Shown here one piece after another: positions 36,253-47,717 of a stretch of 59,907 nt of DNA. Each line of letters opens with the position of its first letter. The stretch's first letter is position 1. The notes below the pieces were generated by a model. That model was given only the letters and a program-made list of their open reading frames with translations, was not told the origin of the DNA and made no database searches. The stretch is from a virus (taxonomy: Duplodnaviria > Heunggongvirae > Uroviricota > Caudoviricetes): IMG/VR virus record IMGVR_UViG_3300029906_000160. The stretch is one strand, 5' to 3'. A program made the position numbers and the translations under genes.

Positions 36253-36765
36253 TTAATTTCCACTCATTCCAAAACCACTAGATCCACGATCAGTTTCAGA
36301 AAGTTCATCTGTTTCAACTAAATTAATTTCTGGATAAGGAATAATTACTAATTGACCTATTCGATCTCCAACTTTATAAATATAGTCATCACGATATGCT
36401 AAAGCAGGAACTTCTCGTATATTAGCTGCGTCTTGTATTGGATCTCCAGTAGGAGGAGCGATTCGAACTTGCTGCATAACTGGCATCATAATTCGTTTAA
36501 AACGAAATTCTACATCTCCTCTATAATGACTATCAATTACTCCAATAGAATTAGCTAATAATAGATCTTTCTTACTATTAGATGATCTTGGGAATAAAAG
36601 GCCTACATAACCTTCTGGAATTTCAAGAGCAATATTTGTTTTATAACTAACGTAGTCTTCTGTTATCTTTATTTCTGCAGCAGTCATATCAAATCCAGCA
36701 TCAGTAGGGTGAGCTTTAGTTGGAATTACTGCCTTATCACTTAATTTCTTAAACTTAATTTCCAT
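36253..36765 (-). CDS. dut: Trimeric dUTPase
   Basis: AGFDM, FPRSS, GVIDSHYRG, GDRIGQL and RGSSGFGMSG motifs. Confidence 0.95.
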   Translation of the reverse strand: MEIKFKKLSDKAVIPTKAHPTDAGFDMTAAEIKITEDYVSYKTNIALEIPEGYVGLLFPRSSNSKKDLLLANSIGVIDSHYRGDVEFRFKRIMMPVMQQVRIAPPTGDPIQDAANIREVPALAYRDDYIYKVGDRIGQLVIIPYPEINLVETDELSETDRGSSGFGMSGN

Positions 36766-36767
36766 TA

Positions 36768-37154
36768 TTAATAACTATCATAAAATATTACTTTTGCATC
36801 TGAGTGCTCTAACATATAATCATATAACCACATAAGATTAAATATCTGTTGTCTCAACGTATCTTTAAACTCATCCCATTCCCAAATAGAATCAGCGTCT
36901 TCTTCCCATTCAGTTTGACCATAAAAATCAAACAAAATCTTAATTATTACAGGAATGTCTTCTATGTCAAGTTTGGATTCTTCACCATCGTTAAAATGTA
37001 ATTTTTCAACAATTGCATTACGAATTCCCCAACATTTTCTCCAATAACAAATTTCTACTGATGTATCACCTCAATTGTCTAAATTTATTAGTTTATTTAC
37101 TACTAATTCTTTGGAATTTACATCTCTTAATATTATTCCATTATCTAGTCCCAT
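36768..37154 (-). CDS. Hypothetical protein, 128 aa
   Basis: MGLDNGI...YWRKCWGIR...YDSY; open with one TGA=W. Confidence 0.7.
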
Positions 37155-37155
37155 A

Positions 37156-37611
37156 TTATTTCCAAAATTTGTTAGTTATGTCAATTAATTTATTTTCTAT
37201 AACTTTATATAATCGCTGATTAGTCATAGAATTATTTAATGGACCATATTTAGAATCAAATGGACCAATTTTATAATAATCTAGATAATTACATAAAGTT
37301 AAATTTATATTTTTATCTCCAGAATAAAAAGCTATTTTTAATTCCGGATATTTACTTCTGATTCGGTTTGATAAAAATTTTATATAATTTTGATCGTTAT
37401 CGCCTCCACCAAAAACAATACAAGTAATTCCTGAATTTTTATCTATAATTTTGGATAACTCTTCAAAAGTAAGTTCTGTACCAGTATCTTCCCAAAGCCA
37501 TTTAGAATTACATTCTGGACAATGAATAGGACAACCAGTTAATGTTATATATAAACAAACTTCATCGGGAATTTCTTGAAAAGTAATATCGTAATTATCG
37601 TACTTTAACAT
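37156..37611 (-). CDS. nrdG: Anaerobic RNR activating radical-SAM protein
   Basis: GCPIHCPECNS CxxxCxxC motif; adjacent to nrdD. Confidence 0.92.
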   Translation of the reverse strand: MLKYDNYDITFQEIPDEVCLYITLTGCPIHCPECNSKWLWEDTGTELTFEELSKIIDKNSGITCIVFGGGDNDQNYIKFLSNRIRSKYPELKIAFYSGDKNINLTLCNYLDYYKIGPFDSKYGPLNNSMTNQRLYKVIENKLIDITNKFWK

Positions 37612-39797
37612 TATTGAATGATTTTTAATTCGTTAACTCCATCAGATAATACTCTTCGTACAGCTTCATTATATCTAGCTTTATCATATGCAGATAATGG
37701 TCGTAGATATCCAATAATTCTTATCCACCAATCAATATTTTTACTATGACATATAGGACATTCTTTAATTGGAGCATTAACTACATGACCACAATCTTTA
37801 CATTCACTCATAGGAATATTAAATGTAAAATAATTTACTCCTTCTTTTATAGCAATATCAATTAAATATTCATATTGCTTAGAAGAAAGATGTGCATTCA
37901 TATGAAGGTGGCAGGCTTGTCCACCGTCGGTTGAGCTATTTATATAACTACCATGAAGCTTTAATTTATCTAGAATAGATATTTGATCATCCCACTGTAA
38001 GAAGAAATAGCTAGAATAAAGATTCTGATTTTCTGGTACGTAGTATCCATCTTTCTTATCTCAATTATAAAGCTTAGTAGCCAATCCTTCACCTGGAATT
38101 GCTTCACTGTTGAATAAGAATGGATGTTTAGTATCATGAATAGCATGTTCCTTATTTGCATTCTTAACTATCTTAAATACATATGCTAAGAAATCTTTAT
38201 AAGATTGATTATTGGATACCTGGTATCCCAGGAACTGTGCGGCTTCACAATATCCAATTAAACCAATAGTTGAATAAAGTTTTTTCATATAAATATATCC
38301 GGCGTTAGAATCAGAGTACATTCCTTTTTCTTCTTCTTCATAGAGCATTGTTTTATATGCAATATGATACTTATATACTCTTTCTAAAATACTTAACATA
38401 TATTCTTTAAGAGAAGGTCCATATTCATTAAGACTAAACGGATTTGGAGATCCAATTGATTTGTACCAATCTTGTATAATACGATTTAAATTCAAAGTAA
38501 TTACATTACAACTTCCAGTTTGTATACCCATTAAACCTAATGTAGAATTAAATGTATTATCTTGTATTTCATTAAGTACTCTACAGCAAGATGCTAACGA
38601 AGTTGGATTATCACTTATATATAAAAAGAAACTACCACCTTTTGCTCATTCATCTGCACAAAGTTTCTTATATTCCTTATCTATAACATCTGTTCCATCA
38701 TGAACAAGTGCCATAGTTGTAACGGGAAATGTAAGTGGTTTAATAAGACGAAGTTCTCTATGTAATTCCATAAAAATTCTTTGAAGAGTATCTATTGCTT
38801 CCCATTCAGGTTTTGTTCCATCCGGATATACAAAATCTTCAAAGAGCGAATTAAAATATGTCTTATCATAGTAAGAAATATTACTAAAAGGAGAATTATA
38901 TGAACGGTTGCCGGCTGGTTGGTTTACACCATATATAAACTGTTTCATGCCTTTACGAATACAATCTTTTATAGTCTTAGGTTTAGTAGAAACACTAGAA
39001 GTTACAACATCATTTAAATGTTTATACCAATCTTTACCAAATTCAGCAATTACATAATAATTAAGAGCAATCTGATAATCTCCAAGAGCGACAGCACCTT
39101 TACATTGTGAACTAAGTAAGAATACAAGATTAGTTACTTGTCCACTAAATGATTGGATGTCGTTTGGAGCAGAAGGAGTAACTCCATCTACATTTCCAGT
39201 ACCTTCAATCATCATTGGATAAAGAGTTACAGCTTTACAATAAGGTTTCCTTACTGGAGTTGAAGCTTCATCATGAACGTATATGATTTTATTTTCTAAA
39301 TCTTTCTCATATTGATTTGCAACTTCTGGATAAAGTTTATTTAATTCGTCTTTCATACACTGCCTTTGTATAAGACGATTCATCGTTTTATAAACTTCTC
39401 CTTCTAGATTAGCTGCATTTTTCATAGTCACATTTGCATTAGAATCTGTTTCAGATGAAGTTGAAGCATTATCATGAGAGTTAGAATAGTTTTGCATATA
39501 ATTTATTCTTTCCCTTATAAATCTAGCTTCTTTGTGTGACTCACGATATTTAATATAAGCTTTAGCCGTTTCATAATATCCAAATTTCATTAATCCAGTC
39601 TCAACTAAATCCTGAATTACTTCGATATTAATATCTTGAGATTCTAATTGAGAGCATTGATCATATACTCAATTAGACACTTTATATATATCTATTTCTT
39701 TATCTTTTTCTGATGCATGAAACGCTTTACTTATTGCTTGCTTTATTTTATTAAGATTAAATTCTTGTATTGTTCCGTCTCTTTTAATTACTTTCAT
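37611..39797 (-). CDS. nrdD: Class III anaerobic ribonucleotide reductase with ATP cone, 728 aa
   Basis: MKVIKRDG ATP cone, SCCR, GSCNVITLN, CKDC/CPIC Zn site and RIIGY glycyl-radical loop. Joined through TGA codons. Confidence 0.95.
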
Positions 39798-39798
39798 T

Positions 39799-40569
39799 TT
39801 AAGCTACTAAATCAAATAATTGTCCTACTAACAAAGTTTTCTCATATCCGGTCATAAGATCTTTTTTGTTAGCATCTCTTACAAGTTCTGTAAATGCATT
39901 GTAATAGTTAAATACTGAGCATTCTTCAGATTCTTTTACATAATATGGAGAATCAGTATTTACATAAACATTTTCATAAGCCTTTACTACAGTTGCAGGA
40001 CTAAGTTTTACTTTACCAGCTTGATTATTCCATTCATATAATAAAGACTTTTCAATCATTGATCCAAGTAACTTTTGTCTATCATCAACATCTGATGATA
40101 AAAAAGTGTTTTTCATTTTCTTAAGCTTAAACTCAAAATCACTTGTCATTTCCATTAAATTTTTAATTGAATAGACAAACGATTTCTCTGGCTCAAGTTC
40201 ATATACTGATAAAAATTGTGGATTAAATATACAAAGATTTGTACAAGCCATATTTACATATCCACGAGCTATTTTATAAACTGGCTTTTTGACATCTAAA
40301 CCATATACTAAATGATAACATTCTCTATGATTATCAATAGCATGATCTTCTGGCATTAATGCTTGAATTCAAACTCTATTAAATGTGATATCTTTATCTT
40401 CTCCAGATAAAGTCATTTGATTTGGAGTTTGAACTCTAATAATAAAATTATCCGTAAACTTTGACATTTCATCAAAGAACGGTTCTACATATTCTTTAGT
40501 AGATAAATAATTTTTGTTTTTAATTATTGTACTTTTACCTTCTAATAAAAGGTCTTTAGTTATTTCCAT
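39799..40569 (-). CDS. Conserved crAss-like protein (DUF932-like), 256 aa
   Basis: Two track ORFs joined by one TGA; ARGYVNMACTN and VFNYYNAFT patterns. Confidence 0.65.
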
Positions 40570-41127
40570 TTAACAATAAATTTTTTCTGTTGTTAATTCG
40601 TTTTCTAACCTAAGAATTTGATTACATCGCTTTTCTCAGGTTAATTCACGTCTTTTATTAATTAAATCTCCAATTATATGTTTTGTTGATAAAGAAAATC
40701 CAGATTCACAAAGATATTGAATTCATCTTGCTTCTAAACAAGATGCTTCGTTCTCTGTCATGCCATTTTCAAAAATTATACATTCATAGCGATTTGGATC
40801 TGCTTTTAAAATGCTAGATAGCAAGTCTCTTTGGTGTCTAACTGCTCTGGCTTTATCTTCTTTTTCTGAATTTCAATGTCCTTTACCAACATAAATCGGT
40901 TTATAATTAAGACTTACGTTAAATGGAAGTACAATAACTCCTGGTTGCATCTTGTCTATAAATAGATATACACTTTTATCAGTACATTGTCCCTGCATGT
41001 ATATCTTTCTTTCATTTACATCTTCTGGTCTGTTAAATACCGCAAGGTCATCTAAATATTTATTACGAACTATATAACCGAGCTTATCCTTACGGATTTT
41101 TGGAATTTTGATATCCACTATAGACAA
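40570..41127 (-). CDS. Free-standing GIY-YIG (LEM-3-like) nuclease, ~185 aa
   Basis: SVYLF...IYVGKG...RAVRH...EASCLEAR..LIN pattern. Read through TGA to TAA 40570. Confidence 0.6.
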
Positions 41128-41130
41128 AAC

Positions 41131-41162
41131 AAGGAGAGTAGAAACTAAATTCTACCCTCCTT
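41131..41162 (-). terminator. Intrinsic terminator
   Basis: AAGGAGGGTAGAA loop TTCTACTCTCCTT followed by GTTTTG. Confidence 0.8.
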
Positions 41163-41183
41163 AGAATATTTTACTTTAGTTAA

Positions 41184-41717
41184 CTAAAAATCTGCTCTTT
41201 CGTTTCCGAAGACAATGTAAGTTCCGAGAACAGCATTGACAGAAGGAGTATACTTAACCTCGAATGCAAGAGCCTTTCCTTCCTCAACACGATAAACGAT
41301 TTCGCAATAAAGATCAGTCTTTACAGAAACCATTGCCTTCTTAGCAGCCTCTTCTGCATCAGCCTTTGTAGAAGCTGTAGCAACAAGCTCATCGGTATCC
41401 TTTCTACGAACCTCAAATACACGACTTACCTGCTTCTTACCCTCAACAACGTTATTAACTACTGTATAAGGACGCTGACGTGTATCCTGTGAACCGGGAA
41501 TCATACAAACAATCATTCCAATACCCTCTGCTTCAGAAAGACGATTCTTCTCAAGCATATCTACTGCAAAAATCTTAAAATCCTTATCGGCAATAGGAGA
41601 CTTTGCGTTCTTCCAAGACTGTGTTACATTACGAACAACGGTAAGTCCCATCTCTGCTGCCTTTTCCTTTGCTTCTTCAAGGCTATAAGCCTTAATTTCA
41701 AATTTCTTCATAAACAT
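41184..41717 (-). CDS. Hypothetical protein, 177 aa, probably highly expressed
   Basis: Track ORF with AAG/GCT/CGT-rich codon use, flanked by its own promoters and terminator. Confidence 0.8.
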   Translation of the reverse strand: MFMKKFEIKAYSLEEAKEKAAEMGLTVVRNVTQSWKNAKSPIADKDFKIFAVDMLEKNRLSEAEGIGMIVCMIPGSQDTRQRPYTVVNNVVEGKKQVSRVFEVRRKDTDELVATASTKADAEEAAKKAMVSVKTDLYCEIVYRVEEGKALAFEVKYTPSVNAVLGTYIVFGNERADF

Positions 41718-41775
41718 TAATTTTTAAATTGTTAAACTTATTATTTCTCTATCTATTATCTACCTCTTTCTGATG

Positions 41776-41807
41776 CAAAGATAGATAAAAAGATTTTATT
41801 ATGCAAA
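41776..41807 (-). promoter_or_regulatory. Bacteroidota sigma70-type promoter
   Basis: TTTG-N20-TATCTTTG. Confidence 0.8.
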
Positions 41808-41854
41808 TATTTTTTGTAAATTTTTATTTACATATTTTCTGAGTGATTGAAATA

Positions 41855-41886
41855 CAAAGATAAGATAAAATTTTTAAATCTCCAAA
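41855..41886 (-). promoter_or_regulatory. Bacteroidota sigma70-type promoter (tandem copy)
   Basis: TTTG-N20-TATCTTTG, 79 nt upstream of the other copy. Confidence 0.8.
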
Positions 41887-41900
41887 TTTATTTTTGAAAT

Positions 41901-42935
41901 TTATATAAATTCTACTTCTTCTTCGTATCCAAATATTTCATAATAAGCTACCTCAGATAATAGCCTATTAAAGTCGTTCATTCCTCTTATAAGCTCTGAT
42001 CGTGGAACATTAAAACAAGCTGACATATGATCTGTATCTGTTTCAACTACTAACATATTAGCTTCCATCTTTCAATCTTTATTATAGCCATATTTTTGTC
42101 TACAATATGCTGAAAGTACTAAAGAGTAACAATACATCTGACGATAGTATCTAAAATCGTTTCACGATGTTTCCATAAATTTACTACACCAATGTCTAGT
42201 AGTCTTTAAATCATTTAAAGTAACTATTTTATGTTCTTCGTCTACAGTTCAATTATCAGCCTTCATTTTAAATGGAAGAATAATTTCTTTGTCTTTATAT
42301 ATTATTTTAAAATCCATAAAGAAAGTATCTTCATTAAATGAAGGAAGTTCTATTCCAAATTCATCAGTTGGATGGAGCTTTTTTTGAATATGCTTATTTT
42401 TTCGAATAGATTCAATACAAGCATTAACTATATCTCAATCAGAATCACAAAACAATAAAATTTCTTCTCCAAAATCTTTAGTTTTTAGATAATAAGCAAG
42501 ATTTTCTTTAGTTAAAAATTTACTTATCATTTTATCTAAATCTACTTTTTGATAATAATCTGCTTTTTGCCTTGCTTTATCAATGCTTTCTCTTATAGAT
42601 AAACCTTGTTTTCTAAAGATTTTAACAAAATCAAGACAATATCCTTGTTTAGCAGACGGTTTACCGCATTTTGGATAAAGAGTAAATGATTCTGGCTGCA
42701 AAGTTATACAATGTACTCCTGACCCAAGAAGAAAACTAGGATTAAATGATGATTTGAGTCCATTTTTATATTTTTCAGGACTTCCACCTTCTTCAGAATC
42801 GATTAGTTTAAGTCTACTATTAGATATATAAGATCGATATTTATTTGAAAAATATTCTTCATCAGAAATCTTAGCATGTCGAACAGTGTTGTATAGAGGA
42901 ATTATTTGAAAATCAAATAAACTAATCTGCTTCAT
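41901..42935 (-). CDS. PD-(D/E)xK exonuclease (RecE/ExoVIII-like), 344 aa
   Basis: ISNSRL, LGSGVH, KMKADNW, LNDLKTT and YYRQM motifs; TGA=W. Confidence 0.82.
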
Positions 42936-43200
42936 TTAAAATTTCTTCGATTCGTCTAATAGGAAAATGTATATTAATTTTTCCATTTTCTATTTGAATA
43001 ATTGTTTCGTCGTATTCTGCAAACGCTGTCTCAATTATTTGTTCTATATTATCATTAAATTCAATACAGCTAAGGTTATCTAAATCAAGATTTGCTAAAT
43101 CTTGATGTAACAAATTCCAAATTTTTGCAAATTTATTCCATTGTGATTTTGTATACTTAACTTGAAAAATATTATTTAAAAAAGTATATATTTCATCCAT
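42922..43200 (-). CDS. Hypothetical protein, 92 aa
   Basis: Track ORF. Confidence 0.65.
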   Translation of the reverse strand: MDEIYTFLNNIFQVKYTKSQWNKFAKIWNLLHQDLANLDLDNLSCIEFNDNIEQIIETAFAEYDETIIQIENGKINIHFPIRRIEEILNEAD

Positions 43201-43967
43201 TACTTTATATATTTTAATTCAGAAACACTTTTAATACGATGATGACCTACATCATATCTTTTATTTGCATCAGTCGTTACTAGATAACAAAAAATTCCAT
43301 TTTGTTTACATTCTTTATATGTAGAAAATTTATCATCTATATGTACTGTTACACCAAGCTTTTTTAGTGTTTCTATTTTAGATACATTCCAAGGTAAACT
43401 ATAGATTGGAGCTTTTGGAAGATTATTTTTCTGAATCGCTTCTTGAGTCCATTCTACTGGAATACTACGAGCAGTAACATAATAATCTACTTCAAATGGA
43501 ATTTGAGATTTAATTGGCATATTAACCCAGAACTCTTTATCCTGTTGAAGTTCTTTTAAATTATCTGGCATATTATAATCAGCATTCCAATAACTAGATA
43601 GTTTAACTCCAAATCTAGACTCATAAGATCCTAGAAAATCAAACACTACATCATCAAGATCACAAGAAATGACAGGATTATTAACTTGTTTTATTATTCG
43701 ATCATCTCCTTGAGGAAAAGTTTGATAATAATCAGCAAGAATAAGAGCATTCATAGCTACTTCTGCTATATTTAACAAACCTTCTTTATTATAATCATTT
43801 CCTTTCTTAAATTCCATTAAATGATATTCAAGAGAGTTTAATACATCACTCCATTTAAGTCCTTGAGTCCATTGATTTTTCTGATACTTATTTAATTTAT
43901 CAGTAAAAACTTTATGTACTTCTTCAAGTCCAAAATTTGGGATTAAATCATATCTAATTTTGCTCAT
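43200..43967 (-). CDS. dATP/dGTP diphosphohydrolase-like (DUF5664) domain fused to a HAD 5'-nucleotidase-like domain
   Basis: KIRYDLIP...KY..NQW..G..WS....SLEYHL N-terminal pattern; SCDLDDVV and HIDDK HAD motifs. Confidence 0.7.
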   Translation of the reverse strand: MSKIRYDLIPNFGLEEVHKVFTDKLNKYQKNQWTQGLKWSDVLNSLEYHLMEFKKGNDYNKEGLLNIAEVAMNALILADYYQTFPQGDDRIIKQVNNPVISCDLDDVVFDFLGSYESRFGVKLSSYWNADYNMPDNLKELQQDKEFWVNMPIKSQIPFEVDYYVTARSIPVEWTQEAIQKNNLPKAPIYSLPWNVSKIETLKKLGVTVHIDDKFSTYKECKQNGIFCYLVTTDANKRYDVGHHRIKSVSELKYIK

Positions 43968-44181
43968 TGATTTCTATATTTTCAGGAGTATTTTCTCCTC
44001 CATGTAATGCATCAATAAATACAGAGGATAAAGTTTTAATAAGATTATTATTTGCTTTTGGATCTTTTACTTTAAATACTGGATTATAATCCAAAGTATC
44101 TGCTTCTTTATCAAACTTAAAGTTAAAGATTACTTTATCTCCTGTATCTGGATTTAAAAATGTAACAATTGCTTTTTCCAT
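43954..44181 (-). CDS. Hypothetical protein, 75 aa
   Basis: Track ORF. Confidence 0.65.
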   Translation of the reverse strand: MEKAIVTFLNPDTGDKVIFNFKFDKEADTLDYNPVFKVKDPKANNNLIKTLSSVFIDALHGGENTPENIEINEQN

Positions 44182-44186
44182 ATAAA

Positions 44187-44219
44187 TAAAGGGAGAGAAC
44201 TTTTACTTATTCTCTCCCT
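44187..44219 (-). terminator. Intrinsic terminator
   Basis: AGGGAGAGAA loop TTCTCTCCCT followed by TTATTT. Confidence 0.75.
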
Positions 44220-44593
44220 GTGCATAAGGTTTAATTAATTCGTAAAATAGTTCTTTATCTATTATTACGCATTCTCCAACAGTACAGATATTTACTTCTT
44301 TCTTCTCTTGTTTTGCTCAAATAATAGCAAATTTTTTATTATCTACAGAAGATTGTTCTCTAATCTTAAAATATTGAGGAATTGCAATAGTTCGTTTCAA
44401 TTGAATTTCAACTGGGAGTTTACTATCTTTATCAATAAGATCTATTTTGTCGTCATCTTTAGATTTTGATTCTGACCTTGCTGTAACAACTCCTGTGAAT
44501 CCAATATCACGTAATTCTTTGGCTATTTGACGCTCATAGTTGCTTCCTTTTTTTTTTAGAGTAAGATCCACTACGAGACCTCACTCTTTTCAT
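44203..44593 (-). CDS. Holliday junction resolvase-like PD-(D/E)xK nuclease, apparently frameshifted at an A10 tract (44548-44557)
   Basis: KGSNYERQIAKEL...KIDL...VEIQLK motif. The upstream ATG frame MKRVRSRSGSYSKKK is one base out of phase. Confidence 0.7.
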
Positions 44594-44622
44594 ATTTGTA
44601 TCTGTATCTGTATTTGCCTTTA

Positions 44623-45714
44623 CTAAATTTTCTGTAATTGTTCTAGATTTTGTATTACCTTTCATTTTATTGTACATTTTTGATTTTGATATAAAACATT
44701 CTTAGTTATTCCTTTTAAATTATTAATAATGTTTTGTTTAGGAATTTTTGCTAAATTTGAAAAAACCGTTAATCCTTTTTCAGAACAAATTAAATTATCA
44801 TTTTCATCATATAATTCCAATTCTAATATTCTAGAATCACGTTTTATATGATTCGTATCTTTTGGATAATATGTAAATAAATATTTATCTAAATACAGTT
44901 TATTAGTTTTTGCTAAATCCGAAATTTGAGCTTTATAACCATCAATAGAAGATCTATTTCCTAAAGGAATATTATGGTTTTTACAAAAATTAACCATATC
45001 TATTAACGATATAGCTTCGAACAATAGTTTATCATTACAATACAAATAAACGTTATTACAAATAAGTAAATTATCTTCTAGTTTAATTATTTTTGCAATA
45101 TCACAATGTTTATAACCTTTATTATTATGAGAATTTAGCGTTTTTGTATATGGTTTAATTTTATCGTGTTTTTCTAAAGATCACATAAAATTTTTATATT
45201 TTTTACGTTCACCTTTTAAACAACGACACAATCCTGTACTAGATAATACTAATTTCTCTTCTGCTTCGGCTGTAGAAGATCATTCTTTTATTAAATTTCC
45301 ATCTAAATCATATTGATAAAGTTTTGGAAGTTTTTTTCTATTTGTTTCCTTTCGTTTATTAATTGTTTTTTCTTGTTGAACTCAACCTAAATTTCCTTCT
45401 CCACCTTCAGTAGCATTAACTAAATTACAACCTAAATTTTTATAATATGAAATTCAATATGTTTCTTTTGCTTGACTTTCACATCATTTACATTCATCAA
45501 TTTGTTCAATAACTGGTTTTAAGTTTTTATTAATGATAGAGAGAATTCAGTTAGTTCTATGATTTTTCTCTCTTTTACATGCAGAAATATGTTGTTTTAA
45601 ACGATATTCTAATTTTTTAACTGTTTTCCCAACATAACGAATTTCTTCTGTTTCTGGATCTTTTAAAACATACAAAAAAGTTTTTGTATTTGGATCATTT
45701 GGAGTTTTACTCAT
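44623..45714 (-). CDS. Free-standing GIY-YIG homing endonuclease with NUMOD1-like repeats, 363 aa
   Basis: FLYVL...IRYVGKT...R, ETYWI, LVNATEGGEG and LYQYDLDG motifs. Confidence 0.85.
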
Positions 45715-45750
45715 ATTTTTAGTTGTTAATTATTAAACTTATTCCAAATA

Positions 45751-45782
45751 CAAAGGTAATAAAAATTTTTGTAAATTACAAA
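45751..45782 (-). promoter_or_regulatory. Bacteroidota sigma70-type promoter
   Basis: TTTG-N20-TACCTTTG upstream of ATG 45714. Confidence 0.8.
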
Positions 45783-45830
45783 AAAAATAAATACTATTAA
45801 ATTAATAAATCTTAGAGATAGATAATAGAT

Positions 45831-46829
45831 TTATAATTTATAATATTCTTTAGCTTGTCGTATTAATTGTTGAGTTTTCTTATCTCCATATGTTTTTCTA
45901 AAGTCTGAAAAATCTTTACATCCAGAACTTTTTGGAATTAGAAGTATGTTTAAATCAGGATATTGATTTCTAATTTTAATAGAAGCTTTTAAACCCGGTC
46001 TATCATTATCATAAAGCAAAAATATATGTTTAAACTTAGATTTTAATCGCCTATATTGATTTTCGGTAACAAATAAGTTTTCAGAACAAGGTGCAATAGC
46101 GGTTATACCATATTCATATAAACACATCACATCTTTCATAGACTTAGTAATTACTAAGATGTCTCCACCGTCTCTTGGTAATTGTTGTGCGCCTTGAATC
46201 TGTAAACTTCTTCAATTAGATATAAATCTCAGGGATTTGCGACCTGGATAATAAATTCTTCACTGTTCAATATCTTGTTTAATGCCCCCATAGTATCCAA
46301 AAACGTATTGGTTATCTGAGACTATTCCAAATAAATTCCCATTTAAAAACACATTTTTACAAGAAAACACTTTAAATTTTTTCAAAGTTGGAACTGTTAT
46401 CCCATATTTAGCTCACCATTGAATATCAGATTCTGTAAAATCTCTGATTTCAACTTGTATAATAGCACCCTGTTTATCTTCAAGTGTTTCTTTTGGCTCT
46501 ATTATTTTATTTTTTTCTAATTTAGGAAAGGATTGAATTCCAAAATCGTTGGCTGCAATATTTAACGCTTTTTGATATGAACACTGATATTTATTCATAA
46601 CAACATAAATCCAATCACCAGTATAATCAGAACCAAAATCTTTTACTATTATACGTCCTTTAGAGTTTTTATAATATGAAACAGTTGGTCTATGATCAAC
46701 ACGATTTTTTGCTTTAAATAAACCATTTTTTATCGGAACACCGTAATACGTTGACATTAATGTTTCTTGAGATATTTTAGATTCAATTAATTCTTTTGTA
46801 ATCTTAATTGGAAATTTAATCTCTAACAT
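45831..46829 (-). CDS. DNA primase (TOPRIM), crAss type, 332 aa
   Basis: ITKSMKDVM, YDNDRPG and KDFSD motifs; joined through TGA codons. Confidence 0.88.
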
Positions 46830-47704
46830 AATTTAATGTAGTAACCTCTACAAATAGTTCCTAATTTAGCATGTTTTCGTAACATACCATCTTCTTTATA
46901 ATTTAAAAAATGCGAAGCATCTGTAACTGTATTAAAAATAATTTCTTCAGAAGTATTTGCATCAATTAAAATAATTTTTCGAGTGTTTTGTTTTTTAAAC
47001 TTAATCAAAAGTAATTTATTTAAATCCTTTTCTTTAATTCAATAAAAATCTCCGCCTCTTGTTTTTCTACTAATTGCGTTTTCAATAACTTCTCTATTTA
47101 AATTATTTTCATTACTAGCTACTGCTATTGAAGCATAGATTTTGATAATATTTAGATTCGTATCTAATTTAACAACATGCTTTTCCATGATTCTTTGATT
47201 ATAATCTTGTATGATTTTATCTTTTATTTTAAGTCCGTCAACAGAAAAGAAAAAATATCCTTTACAAATACGTTTATCTACAGAATGTGAAATTACCGCA
47301 GGATCAAATTGTAAGTCTTTTGCAGCATCTACAATACAATCATAACGCTTAATGAAAGTATTATTAGTTGTATATAAATATACTTGTTTTAATTGTGATT
47401 CAATACGATATCCTAACATACCTTCTCCACCATCAGTAATATTATAAGAGATATTATGGATTTTATATCACCGTATTAAATAACGTTCAGTATATTTTGC
47501 TTCTGTCTCAGAAACATTCTCTAAAATAATTTCGTGTTTAAAATTACTTCATCCATATTTTTGAATTGCAGCATTAAAATGTGGTTGATTATTTTTTGTA
47601 TAACCTTTTCCGTTTTGTCAACGTTTTGTTACTTTTTGTGCTGTAATTCCAATATAAACTTTACCAGATGGAGAAGTATGTCGATAAACTAGATACGATC
47701 GCAC
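46823..47704 (-). CDS. Free-standing GIY-YIG homing endonuclease, 293 aa (GTG start)
   Basis: LVYRHTSPSGKVYIGIT...R, KYGW, YNITDGGEG motifs and NUMOD1-like repeats. Confidence 0.85.
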
Positions 47705-47717
47705 TTAAATTACAGTC

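Noticed and set aside
43200-43967. Z-genome (2-aminoadenine) pathway
   Set aside because: No PurZ-like gene in the window; a single hydrolase domain is insufficient.
44594-44615. Short tandem repeat ACAGAT in the resolvase leader
   Set aside because: Only two to three units; low-complexity chance.
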